Positions 1-9,849 of a stretch of DNA of 64,000 nucleotides are shown here, one piece after another. How positions within the stretch are numbered: position 1 is the stretch's first letter; each line of letters starts with the position of its first letter. A program made the position numbers and the translations under genes. Source of the DNA: Pelagomonas calceolata (taxonomy: Eukaryota); assembly GCA_918797485.1 (NCBI GenBank), contig CAKKNE010000006.1, positions 1,054,001-1,118,000 on the forward strand, written 5' to 3'. A model generated the notes under the pieces. The model worked only from the letters and a program-made list of their open reading frames with translations. It had not been told where the DNA came from and ran no database searches.

Positions 1-3000
1 CGCGCCGAGGTCGCGCGCGAGGGGCGCCTGCTGTGTCGCCGCGAGGCGCCGGTCGAAAATGTCCGCGACCGCGCCGCGATCGTACGGCTTCGGGTCGACC
101 AGTCGGACGGTGTCCCTTATCAAACTCTCCTTGACGCGCTTGTCCAGGGGCGTGTCGCGCGCCATGGACGGCGACGCGTTAACTTCCAAAAGCCAGGGCC
201 GCGCGTCCTCGTCGAGCAGCACGTCGTAGCCAAACAGTTCGAAGGCGCAGGCCTGGTGCGGGATCCGGTCCTCGGCGCAGACCAGCGACTTGAGAATGAG
301 CCCATCGATATCCTCCCTGATTTTAACGACGTCGCGGTCCTTCGCGAGTTGCTTCCACAGATATTGTAAGGTACATTTCGTGCCGGCCGCCTCGTCCTCC
401 GCCGCGCCGACGAGGGGTCCATACAATTCATGCGTCGTCGCGTTGTGGCGCTGGATCGAGGCGTTCGTCAGGTGCACGAACTTGTCCGAGACGTCATCGC
501 TACTGAAGGGCCGCGTCGCGACCCGCGCAAACCCCTCGTCATACAACCACGCCTCGAGCGGGTTGAACGATGTGACCAAAACATACAGTCGCAGATCGAA
601 CTTGTGGCCCCCGAGGCACATGGGCTTTGGAATGTACGACTGCGCCACGACCAACTGATCATAGGTGATATCTTCCAGCGAATCCACGACCGTGATCCCG
701 CGCCCCCGCGACGACGACGCGGGCTTCAGGATCCACAGGTTCCGTTCACCCATCTTCCTCCGGAACGCCTGCACGAGCTTCGCGTAGTCCTGGGGCAGCA
801 GGAACGTCTCCGGGGTGATATCAAAATACCCGTCGTACTTGCCTCTCTCACACAACCCCTGGAAGCGCTGGATGGCTCGAGCCAACAGGTCCTTGCGCGT
901 CAGGTGCCGCGCGTGCGGGTAGTGGTTCACGCGCTGCCACGACAGAAGCCGGTCGTAGTCGACGCGCGGCCGCGACCACGTCCACAACAAGTTCCACGTC
1001 GTCTTCAATCCTAGGTCTGCGGGGAGCTCGACCCAATTATGCATATCTGAGAGTACAGTGGTCACGATGTCGAACACCTCCGGCCGCGAGCTGTTGACTC
1101 GGAAATGGAGAGTAGACGGGCTCCCTTGATAAACTTCGCTCGACCCGTCTCTATCTGACATGAAGACCTCGCCGTAGTCGTCCATGACCTCCCTATAATT
1201 CGTATATAACTTCCACTGGCGGTTCATGTGGAGCCGGACGTCCGTCGGGTTCGGCCTCGTTCGCGTCTGGCCCCGGAGGACGGCCCACTTGGAGAAGAGC
1301 GAGGCGAGGTCCGGGTGGGCCCTGAGGCACAATTCGCCTTTCGCTTCGAGGTCGCCGGCCGGCGGCGGCGGCGGGCGCGGTGGCTCGTCTTTTAGTGTTG
1401 GTGGCTCCAGTTCCGGTGGCTCCTCGCGCGCCGGCGGCGTCGGCTCATCTCGCGCCGGCAACGGCGCTTCCACCGGCGACCTCGCCTTCCCGCCCCGCAG
1501 GCGCCCCACGAAGCCGTCGGCGTCCGCGACGGTGTCGGCCGCGACCGCCGCGGCGACCGCCGCGGCGTCCGCCGCGGAGAGGGAGATGGCGGCGCGTCGT
1601 TGCGTAGGGCGCGGCGGCTCCTCGCGGGGCGTCGGCACGAGCATGTCGGCGTCCGAGTCCGACTCCGACCGCGGCCCGGGCGCGGCCGTCGCCGTGCGCC
1701 CGGCCGACGGCGGCCGCGGCGACGACGACGCGGTCGATGCGTCGTCGCGGGAATCCTGCGGCACCGGCGCCGCGGCCGCACCGCCGGAGCTCGCGTCGTC
1801 GTCGGACGACGAGGCGGCGTCGGCGCCGGCGCGCGGCTCGGCGGCCGGCGGGCGGCTCGCGTCGCGACCGGCCCCCGCGTCGGCCTCCGCAGCTTGCGTC
1901 GCGCACTCGACGACCGGCTCGGCCGGCGCGCCATCCGACGTCGGCACGCGCTTGCGCGTGTCCGCCGCGCCGCGCGGCGCGGGCCCCTCGGCCGCCAGCG
2001 CGTCGGGCCGGACCGTGTCTGTGTCGGCCGCGGTAGGCTCCGCGGGCGCCGCGGCACCGGCCCCCTGCCACCGCCGCTGCGCTTGCCGCGCCGGCGCGTC
2101 GTCGTCGCTCGCGGCGGCGGCGGCGCGGTGGCCGTCGGTCCGGAGCCGCACGGCCACGCCGTCGTCGCGGGACCGCAGCTCGACGCGGAGCTCCGGCGTC
2201 GGCAGCGCCGCCGCGAGCTGGCGCGGCGACGCCGGCGCCTCGCGCTGCCGTTCCGGCGGCGAGTCCGGCGCCTCGGGCCGACGCGGCGACGGTGCCGCGC
2301 CGTCGTCCTCGTCCGGCGCCGGTCGCCGCGGCGACTCCACCCTCCGCCGCGGCGACGGCACCGCGCCCGCCGCCGTGCGTCGCGCGAATCGCATCGCGAA
2401 GGTCGGCGGCGCCGCGGCCGGCGCGGCGGCCGGCGCGGCGGCGGCCGGCGGCTCGGGCCCCGCTTCCGGCGGCGCGGCGGCGACCGGCGCCGGCGCAGGG
2501 GCCACCTCGGCCACGACCAGGCCCGTCGCCGCGTCGACGACGAGCCGCCGCGGGCCCCGCGGGGGCGACGCGGCGGCGGGCGCCGCCGCCGCCGGCTCGT
2601 CGTCGTCGTCCGAGTCGCCGCCCGACACGGACTCGGACTCGGACGACGCCGCGGGCTTCTTCGGCCGCCGCCTCCGCAGCTTCCGTTGCGCGTCGCGCCG
2701 CGCGCGCGCCTGCTCGAGGCGCGCCGCGGCCGCCGCGCGGCGCTCCTTGCGCCGCCGCTCGCGCGCGGCCTCCTCCGACTCGACGACCGGCTTCTTGCGC
2801 GCGCGGTGCCGCGCGAAGATGCCGCCCGCGCCGCCCGCGACGACCGCCGTGGCGCCCCAGTGGGCGTACTCGGCGGCGTTCGGCGTCGCGTCCGCGGTCG
2901 CGCGCCGCGACGACACGCGCGCGCGCGCGCCGGGTCGCTGCTGGGGTTTGTTCATTCGGCGCCTCGTGGGCGACGCGGTGCCAGTGGTCGCGCTCGCGAA

Positions 3001-3507
3001 CATTTCTGGTTCTGCCGCCTCGTCGCCGTCGCTGGCTTCGCTCGCGGGCGCCGCTGGGTTCGGCGCCGCGCCGTCGCTGGTCTCGCCGCGCCGGCCCTCG
3101 GTCCCGCGCTCTTCTCGGTGGGCCTCGTCCGCCGCGGCCTCGGGAGCGGGCGACGCCGCGCGTGGCCGCCGCTGCGATGGCAGCGGCAGCGGGCCGGCGA
3201 AGGCCGCCTTTTCGGCCGGCGCGACCGCCGCGGGTTCCGGAGCAGGCGTCGGCTCGGGCTCCTCGCCGGCGAGGCGCGCCAGCACGCGGCGCGTCGCGAG
3301 CTCCTGCTGGACGAGGCCCTGCTGCTTCTTGAGGTAGGTCTGGAGAGTTGTAGTGAGGCTCCCACTCGCGAGGAGCCGCGCGCCCGCGCGCTCGAGCTGT
3401 GCGAGTGCTGCCGTGTCGCGGCCTCCGATGGAGTCGAGCTGGACGAGGACCTCGGCGGTCTCGGCCGTCTCGGCGCGCTGCGCCTGGATTTCTCGGGCAG
3501 CGCGCAT
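1..3507 (-). CDS. Tubulin-tyrosine ligase-like (TTLL) protein, 3' end outside window
   Basis: The minus frame appears open from ATG 3507 to the window edge. TTL motifs are WILKPASSSRGRGI, GHKFDLRLYVLVTS and FELFGYDVLLD..PWLLEVNASPS. The N-terminus is long and low-complexity. Confidence 0.9.
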   Translation of the reverse strand, partial: MRAAREIQAQRAETAETAEVLVQLDSIGGRDTAALAQLERAGARLLASGSLTTTLQTYLKKQQGLVQQELATRRVLARLAGEEPEPTPAPEPAAVAPAEKAAFAGPLPLPSQRRPRAASPAPEAAADEAHREERGTEGRRGETSDGAAPNPAAPASEASDGDEAAEPEMFASATTGTASPTRRRMNKPQQRPGARARVSSRRATADATPNAAEYAHWGATAVVAGGAGGIFARHRARKKPVVESEEAARERRRKERRAAAAARLEQARARRDAQRKLRRRRPKKPAASSESESVSGGDSDDDDEPAAAAPAAASPPRGPRRLVVDAATGLVVAEVAPAPAPVAAAPPEAGPEPPAAAAPAAAPAAAPPTFAMRFARRTAAGAVPSPRRRVESPRRPAPDEDDGAAPSPRRPEAPDSPPERQREAPASPRQLAAALPTPELRVELRSRDDGVAVRLRTDGHRAAAAASDDDAPARQAQRRWQGAGAAAPAEPTAADTDTVRPDALAAEGPAPRGAADTRKRVPTSDGAPAEPVVECATQAAEADAGAGRDASRPPAAEPRAGADAASSSDDDASSGGAAAAPVPQDSRDDASTASSSPRPPSAGRTATAAPGPRSESDSDADMLVPTPREEPPRPTQRRAAISLSAADAAAVAAAVAADTVADADGFVGRLRGGKARSPVEAPLPARDEPTPPAREEPPELEPPTLKDEPPRPPPPPAGDLEAKGELCLRAHPDLASLFSKWAVLRGQTRTRPNPTDVRLHMNRQWKLYTNYREVMDDYGEVFMSDRDGSSEVYQGSPSTLHFRVNSSRPEVFDIVTTVLSDMHNWVELPADLGLKTTWNLLWTWSRPRVDYDRLLSWQRVNHYPHARHLTRKDLLARAIQRFQGLCERGKYDGYFDITPETFLLPQDYAKLVQAFRRKMGERNLWILKPASSSRGRGITVVDSLEDITYDQLVVAQSYIPKPMCLGGHKFDLRLYVLVTSFNPLEAWLYDEGFARVATRPFSSDDVSDKFVHLTNASIQRHNATTHELYGPLVGAAEDEAAGTKCTLQYLWKQLAKDRDVVKIREDIDGLILKSLVCAEDRIPHQACAFELFGYDVLLDEDARPWLLEVNASPSMARDTPLDKRVKESLIRDTVRLVDPKPYDRGAVADIFDRRLAATQQAPLARDLGA

Positions 3508-4062
3508 CTTCTCCAAGCCAGGCTGCCCTCCTGCTGCCTTGGCTTAGTAGAGTTCAGGCTGCCTCAAACTCTTCTCGCACCGGTCCCCACGATTCGTTCT
3601 GGTCTCCATGAGTTCGTGTCGACGTATTGTGACCAAGCCACTGCTTTTTGTTTGTGCTGCCGGTATTTTTACGAGGCAAAACCGAAGGCAGCCGACCGGT
3701 CGTGCGGGCACCACATCTGCGCAATTTGCGGGCATTTCAGTCCTATGCGGGGAGGCCTATGGAACACTGACTGCTAGTGAACCCTTATAGGCACGCATGG
3801 AAAACCAGTGCTTTGGCCGAGTCGCGTCGCGCGCGGCTCCGCGGCATCGCGTGGTGGCATTACGACGCATCATCCACTAGTACACAATACCTCGAACGGC
3901 AGCAGATATCCCCAAAGAACACTGCATGGCGGAGGAGCACCCGCTCGAGTCCGTCATGACGTTTGTTTTTGACAGGGACGGGGCGCCATTGGCGAAGCGC
4001 TCCTCGCCGGACGGCGTTAGCGTATTGTGTATACTAGTGCTACGTAGGGATCAAATAGTTAC

Positions 4063-5262
4063 TCAAGGAATGAAATCTAGGGCTAGGTTGACCTCGTTGT
4101 GGCAAAAGACTACCAAGCTCAAATCATCCTTGCCAAGATGATGAAGGACCACCGGCCACGTCTTGCTCTTCGATTCCTCGCCGCTGGAGCCGCCGCCAAC
4201 CTTGGTGCCGCCAATTCCGAGAATGGGGCACCGGCAGTGCAGAACACGAATCAGCTTTTGATTCTTTGGTTGGCCCGACCCCTTCGGCGGTATGTGCGTG
4301 TATACTTGGATAACACAAGAAGGATGAATAAAGTCGGGCCGGGACGTGGACACGAACTGGTAGATGCCCTCGTCGCGCGTGCCGACCCCAGCGAGCCGCC
4401 GGTGAGCGGAATCGGCCCTCTTCAAATATACAAAGTTGGGCTGGCCGGGCATGAGCGAAGTGAGGAGTAGTTTTGAGGGATGTCCCTTTGACGTGCCGCG
4501 CTGGCACTCCACACAATCGACGTCTCCAGCTCGAATACTATCTTCGTGCCCCTTGAGTTCGGATATATTATCGAGTATAACATGAGGCTTGTGGGCTTTG
4601 TAGGAGGCTTCAATGTTCTTGTCTGGTAACCCATGTACAGGCCTCGGGTTAACGATCTTCTCGATGAGTTTGTTGATGGCGTTCGGGACAAAACACAAAC
4701 CAGAAAGGTAGCTACGAGTCGCCACATGATGTAAGTCAACAAAACATTGCCAGCCCTTACACTTGCGACCTTTGTTATGTTTGGTGTAATTTTTACTACA
4801 GCCGACCTTGCCATTGACGTAAGATATCGTGTAAGCGACGCAAAGCAAGCCTGATGCTGTCAGCATGAAGACAGTATCCTTGTAGATCATGCTGGGGCAC
4901 TGGTCCTGTTTGAACATGAAACATTTGGTGCCTCTAGCGGCCTGGGCCAGTTTCCTCCCCGCTGCCGTCGCAGGTTTGAGCATAATGGAGTGGAGTGACC
5001 CGCTTATTCCTTCTCTTGTGTTTTTTGGTGACAGTGCCTTCCATATGGGCTTGGCTGATGCATCAGTGCCCTCGCGGGCAATAACAACACCAACCGCGTT
5101 GCGCAGGCCGCGGTTGTCTGAAAGGGTGGCGGCGGTCACAGCGGCGAGCATGCTAAGAGCTAGGAGGCGCGAGGGTTTGCGTTTCGGCGGAGGGACCGTA
5201 TTCGTGCGCACTATGTTGCTCATGACGTCGGCGGCGTCGAAGGCCCCCTCGTCGTCTGCCAT
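4063..5262 (-). CDS. Hypothetical protein (~399 aa), Cys/His/Lys-rich, atypically low GC
   Basis: Long ORF from MADDEGAF with no recognisable family. Codon usage is visibly more AT-rich than in neighbouring genes. Confidence 0.5.
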   Translation of the reverse strand: MADDEGAFDAADVMSNIVRTNTVPPPKRKPSRLLALSMLAAVTAATLSDNRGLRNAVGVVIAREGTDASAKPIWKALSPKNTREGISGSLHSIMLKPATAAGRKLAQAARGTKCFMFKQDQCPSMIYKDTVFMLTASGLLCVAYTISYVNGKVGCSKNYTKHNKGRKCKGWQCFVDLHHVATRSYLSGLCFVPNAINKLIEKIVNPRPVHGLPDKNIEASYKAHKPHVILDNISELKGHEDSIRAGDVDCVECQRGTSKGHPSKLLLTSLMPGQPNFVYLKRADSAHRRLAGVGTRDEGIYQFVSTSRPDFIHPSCVIQVYTHIPPKGSGQPKNQKLIRVLHCRCPILGIGGTKVGGGSSGEESKSKTWPVVLHHLGKDDLSLVVFCHNEVNLALDFIP

Positions 5263-5736
5263 GTTATAAACAACCTGCGCGTGGGGCGACAGTGAGCGCG
5301 TGGGCGACGGCGTGCGGTTTATTTTCGACGCAGGTCTCGCGCTTGGTCGGCTGGTCGGCGAGCTGGCCGGCAAAAGCAAAACCGCCTATTATCCTCGAGC
5401 TCTCTCTGTCAACTAGTATTGGCCCAGATGTCAAGGAGCTGCAGGCCTCGCTGTACGGCGTGAGGGCCTGCGCGGCGTGGCGCCAAGCGAAGTCCGCAGC
5501 CCGGGGCACTGTGACAGCGTACCGTGCGTGTATCAGAAGTTTACCGCGTCAAAAATAATGCGCCGCAAGGCAAAGGTTGGCCGAGGCAAGCTGGCTAGAG
5601 CCTTACAGCCGCTAGCGCCACCAGCAGCACAGGGGTTCAGTACGTTGTAGACCGCTGAGGCACTGGTACATAGCGTAGCGATACGCCTTGCATCGATACG
5701 GGCCGCGCTCGCGCGTCAACGACACGCCTGCGCCGG

Positions 5737-7170
5737 ATGCACCCCATAAGTGCAGCGGCGATGATTCTGTGCCTGCGAGGCGCGCGCGCACTCCGAGCGG
5801 GCGTGCGACCGGCGCTGCAGCGCGCGCCGCGCCGCCGCGTCGCCCTCACGGCAACGCAAGACTGGGAGAAGCTCGGCATCGGCGATAAACTAGTCGAGGC
5901 CGTCGGCGCGATGGGCCTGAGCGCGCCGACGGACGCGCAGCGCGACGCCATCCCCGGCGTGCTGAACGGCGAGGACTTGTTGTTTGCGGCGGAGACGGGC
6001 TCCGGCAAGACCCTGGCGTATCTCTTACCAACAATCGCCCGGCTCAAGGCCGAGGAATTTAATGTAGACAAGCTCGACGAATTAAGGCGGCCGAACCGGC
6101 CCCGCGCTTTAGTGCTGGTGCCCACGAGAGAACTCGCGGCGCAAGTGCAAGCCGTCGCCAAGGAGCTGAGCCACCACGCGAAACTTTCAGTCAGAGGCGC
6201 CTTCGGCGGTTCTGATGGAGTCGGCAAGCAGCGAAATACGCTCAAAAAAGGCGGCGCCTACGACTTATTAATAGCGACGCCGGGCCGCTTCGAGAAGCTC
6301 TGGGATTTAGGTGATGTCCACCTGTCGAAGTGTTCGGTGGTCGTCGTCGACGAGGTCGACACGATGCTGAGCCAGGGTTTTGGGGCCGAGCTCGAGAAAG
6401 TTTTAAAAGCTACGACGGAGCGCGAGAAGCCGGCGACGGTGGTCACGACGACGGCGACGCTGACGAAAGCTGTAAGGAGGGCCTTCGGCGATCTTAGTGA
6501 GAGGGACGAGCGGTGGCGGTTCCTGCCGGAGCTGCGGACCGTCGAGACGCGCGGCTTGCATAAAGCGACCGATAGGTGCCGCTTGGAGCTAGTAGATGTG
6601 GTGGGGAAGGACAAGCTCGAGGAGCTATTAGTTGTACTAAAAAGGGCGCCGGAGAAGTGTCTGATCTTCTGCAACACCGTGAATTCCTGTCGGGCGGCGG
6701 AGCACTTCCTTTCCGAGAGGAATGCGTGCGAGACGTTCTCGTACCACGGCGAGTTGAATTCGCGAGAGAGGGAGGCGTCGCTCAAGGCGTTCCGGGACGA
6801 TGACAGAGATGGTGCCCTGGTCTGTACCGATTTAGCAGCACGAGGCCTAGATATCCCGGACGTCGACCACGTCGTCATGTTCGACTTCCCGCGGAACCCC
6901 GTGGACTACTTACATCGAGCGGGCCGGACCGCGCGCGCGGGAAAGTCGGGCAAGGTGACGGCGCTCGTCGCCAAGGCCGATCGCGTCCTGGCGAGCGCCA
7001 TCCAGAGGGCGGTGCTGAACGGCGAGCCCGTCGATGCCTTGAGCGCGGACAAGAAGGCGTACCTGAAGGGCGGTGCTTTACATGTCCCCTCGAAGTCGGC
7101 CAAGGGCCGGGCGAGGAGGGATTTGAGCCGCGCGCGGAAGCCGAAGCCGAAGACGCGGCGGTCGAGGTAA
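5737..7170 (+). CDS. DEAD-box RNA helicase (organellar RH39/DDX28-like)
   Basis: Motifs AETGSGKT, PTRELAAQV, TPGR, DEVD, ARGLD and HRAGRTAR. The Arg/Ala-rich N-terminus resembles a transit peptide (start could be 5761). Confidence 0.92.
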   Translation: MHPISAAAMILCLRGARALRAGVRPALQRAPRRRVALTATQDWEKLGIGDKLVEAVGAMGLSAPTDAQRDAIPGVLNGEDLLFAAETGSGKTLAYLLPTIARLKAEEFNVDKLDELRRPNRPRALVLVPTRELAAQVQAVAKELSHHAKLSVRGAFGGSDGVGKQRNTLKKGGAYDLLIATPGRFEKLWDLGDVHLSKCSVVVVDEVDTMLSQGFGAELEKVLKATTEREKPATVVTTTATLTKAVRRAFGDLSERDERWRFLPELRTVETRGLHKATDRCRLELVDVVGKDKLEELLVVLKRAPEKCLIFCNTVNSCRAAEHFLSERNACETFSYHGELNSREREASLKAFRDDDRDGALVCTDLAARGLDIPDVDHVVMFDFPRNPVDYLHRAGRTARAGKSGKVTALVAKADRVLASAIQRAVLNGEPVDALSADKKAYLKGGALHVPSKSAKGRARRDLSRARKPKPKTRRSR

Positions 7171-7380
7171 GGGTTGTAGTATATTTGCCTTCCGCTCGGC
7201 GGCGTGAGCACGCGTCGATGGCGTCCGAGGCGGTCGCGTCGCGTCCACCCGTACGCCATCGCCGCGACTCACAACACAAATCCGCGAGAGATGCCCCGGC
7301 GAGTGTGCACCTACTACAAGTAGCATAAGCACCCCCCCACCTAGACTCGGACGCCATCGCCGCGACTCCAAGAAAACACC

Positions 7381-8136
7381 TTACCCGAGCCCCTTGAGCT
7401 TGTTCCACGTGTTCGCGCCGAACCGCAGGTCGCGCCGCCGCGGCTGCGTCGTGCGCGTGACGCGGTCGTAGTGCGCGAAGGTCCTCCTATGGGTATCGTG
7501 CGAGAACCGCTCGTGGCCGTACGCGTCGTGGTTGCTGCCTTTCAGGTAGAAGGCCTCGCGGAACATCTCGCCGTAGGGCGGGATCGTGCGGCGCATGTCG
7601 TGGGGCGGCGTCGGCCGCCTTGGTTCGGGCTGCTCCTCCTTTTTGATGCCGCACTTTCTGGGAGGGATGTGCATGATCGACCGCATGTCCGGCGACACGC
7701 ACTGGTCCTGCGCCGGCACGCGCTTGATCCTGAAGGGAGGCTTGGTCCTCCCCACAGGCCCCGGGTAGGCCCTCGATCCTGCATTGTTCCGCCGGTTCTG
7801 CAGACGTTGTTCATGACTCTCCCTAGCCTCTTCTGCAGTATGCTTTGATGGTGCTCCATAAACATGCAGACTCCTAAACTTGACGAAGCTCCCAAACCCA
7901 TCATCCGCGACGCGGACCTGGCCGTCGCCATCTCTTCTTTCGCCCTCGTAGACCGCTTTCGCGTGCCTGTACTCGGCATTTCTTAGTTCCTGGTCCACGT
8001 CGTCCTCCCGGCTCCGATGATAATAAAGCTCCTCGTCCTTCAAGTCGTCGAAGGTACCAAACGGAGGGGGGCGCGCCGGCGGGTTGGCGGGGACGGGCTC
8101 GTGGAGGAGGTCGGCCTTGGTGGGCTTGGGGGGCAT
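7381..8136 (-). CDS. Hypothetical protein (251 aa)
   Basis: ATG-initiated ORF with host-like codon usage. No family recognised. Confidence 0.6.
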   Translation of the reverse strand: MPPKPTKADLLHEPVPANPPARPPPFGTFDDLKDEELYYHRSREDDVDQELRNAEYRHAKAVYEGERRDGDGQVRVADDGFGSFVKFRSLHVYGAPSKHTAEEARESHEQRLQNRRNNAGSRAYPGPVGRTKPPFRIKRVPAQDQCVSPDMRSIMHIPPRKCGIKKEEQPEPRRPTPPHDMRRTIPPYGEMFREAFYLKGSNHDAYGHERFSHDTHRRTFAHYDRVTRTTQPRRRDLRFGANTWNKLKGLG

Positions 8137-8674
8137 GCTTTGCCTTTGGGCTGCCCCGACGGCGTAACTGCGGTGGTGTGTGTGTTACCGTTTCGTGCTC
8201 CGCTGCTGCGGTGCTCCTCCGCTGCCTCGGGCGCGCGTCTCTCTCGCAGCGCAGCCTGGCGCTCTGCAGCCGGAGCCGAGCTCCGGAGGGGCCTTGTCTG
8301 AGGTTCTATCGCGACCCGGGATGGGTGGTGGGGTTTTTGGGATGCATGGATGGGTGGTTTTTTTGGCTGACTGAATTTAATACGTCAATTTGGACGACGG
8401 CGTACGACTGAAAGTGCAGCGATACAAGGCTCTGAGCCGCGCGCCAGACGCCAAACGCTGCTCGTAGGTCCGACGCATCCCTACCGTGGCTGCTGCAACG
8501 TTTGACGGCCGCGCCGCGCGCCCGCGTGACGCCGCACCGCAAGTTGACCGCCAAGGCCATTTTTGGCTGTGCAGGCCGCGCGCCCGGGGTTTGGACCGCC
8601 GCGCGGCCGCGACGGAACCGACTGTGACCTGGCCCCGGCCCTCCCGGGCCCGGACCCCGTGACCCCGCTCCACC

Positions 8675-9568
8675 ATGCCCGGCTCGCCCTCGAGTTACGG
8701 CGCGCGCGTCGCCAAGTTCTTTAGAGGAGGCGGCGCGTCTCCAAGACGGGGCGACCCGGACCGCCGGTCGAAGAAGGGCGGCCGCTGGGACGCGTCGCGC
8801 TCGCCGCCGCTCGACGACACCGTCTACCGCGGCCGGTCCCGCGGCTCGTCGCCCGAGTCCTGCGATTCGATCTCCTTAGACTCGTCGACGCGGTCCGAGG
8901 TCGCCTACAAGGCGCCTTCGCGCGTCCGCTTCGACCAGTCGAAGAACACGGTCCACGAGGCGGCGGCGATCGAGGACCCCGCGCTCCTATGGTGGACGGC
9001 CGACGAGCGGCGCGACCAGCTCGCGCGGACGGAGTGGGTCGTGGCCCTCGAGACGAAGCGACGGTTGCTCGACGAGCCGCGGGACCCGATCCCCGGGGAA
9101 TCGAGGCGAGGTCTGGGCATCGCCTGCGAGCCGTCGACGCCGTCGATCCGCGCCGAGAAGATCGCTCAACATAGAAGGGGCGTTTTGGCCGCCGCCGCGG
9201 TCGCCGACGGCGACGACGTCGCGCACCTCGCCCAGTCGCTCTCGGCGGAGGCCGTCGCCGTCGCGCGGCAGATGGGCGACGCCGACCACCGGGCCGTGAT
9301 GACCGAGGTCGCGACGCCGGACATGCCGTTAGAGTGTTTACAGAGACGCGACTCGCTCGCGCGGCTCGACTTGTTCGGCGACTCGATCAAGCTCGCCAAG
9401 GGCGCCAAGGGCGGCCTCGCGTCGGCACTTGACGCGGACCCGTACGAGATGGCGTCGGAGCTCGCGCGGTCCGACGTGAGTGTCGGTTCTTATGAATCTA
9501 CTAGATCGTGGAAGGAGACGGACGCCATGGACAGCACGAACTACGGCTCGTCGCCCGAGTCCTTTTAG
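8675..9568 (+). CDS. Hypothetical protein (297 aa)
   Basis: ATG in CACCATG context with host-like codons. Contains a VRFD motif (possible RVxF-like). Confidence 0.65.
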   Translation: MPGSPSSYGARVAKFFRGGGASPRRGDPDRRSKKGGRWDASRSPPLDDTVYRGRSRGSSPESCDSISLDSSTRSEVAYKAPSRVRFDQSKNTVHEAAAIEDPALLWWTADERRDQLARTEWVVALETKRRLLDEPRDPIPGESRRGLGIACEPSTPSIRAEKIAQHRRGVLAAAAVADGDDVAHLAQSLSAEAVAVARQMGDADHRAVMTEVATPDMPLECLQRRDSLARLDLFGDSIKLAKGAKGGLASALDADPYEMASELARSDVSVGSYESTRSWKETDAMDSTNYGSSPESF

Positions 9569-9849
9569 TTGGAGCCGCCGCGGGACTCGTGGTTTCGAGT
9601 CTAACCCCGCGGCGCCCTTTGCACATATACCCCCGACGGCCCCACCGTCCCAGAAGAATCCAATGTATAAATTCCTTATGTATTCTAAAAAATAGAAGGG
9701 GAAGACTAGGGGGCCTGTCGCGTCGATGGCGTGGAGGTGGACGTCCGAACCCGCTCCACACTGGCACCGTCGTCGAGGCGACGTGGTCTCATGAAGACGC
9801 CATCCCACAAGTCCACGAGCCCATAGTAGTTAAAGTTATACAAAAAACG

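Noticed and set aside
1226..3777. Long + strand ORFs (703, 725 and 346 aa)
   Set aside because: Antisense or alternative-frame shadows of the GC-rich TTLL gene. They are Arg/Ala/Ser low-complexity with no motifs.
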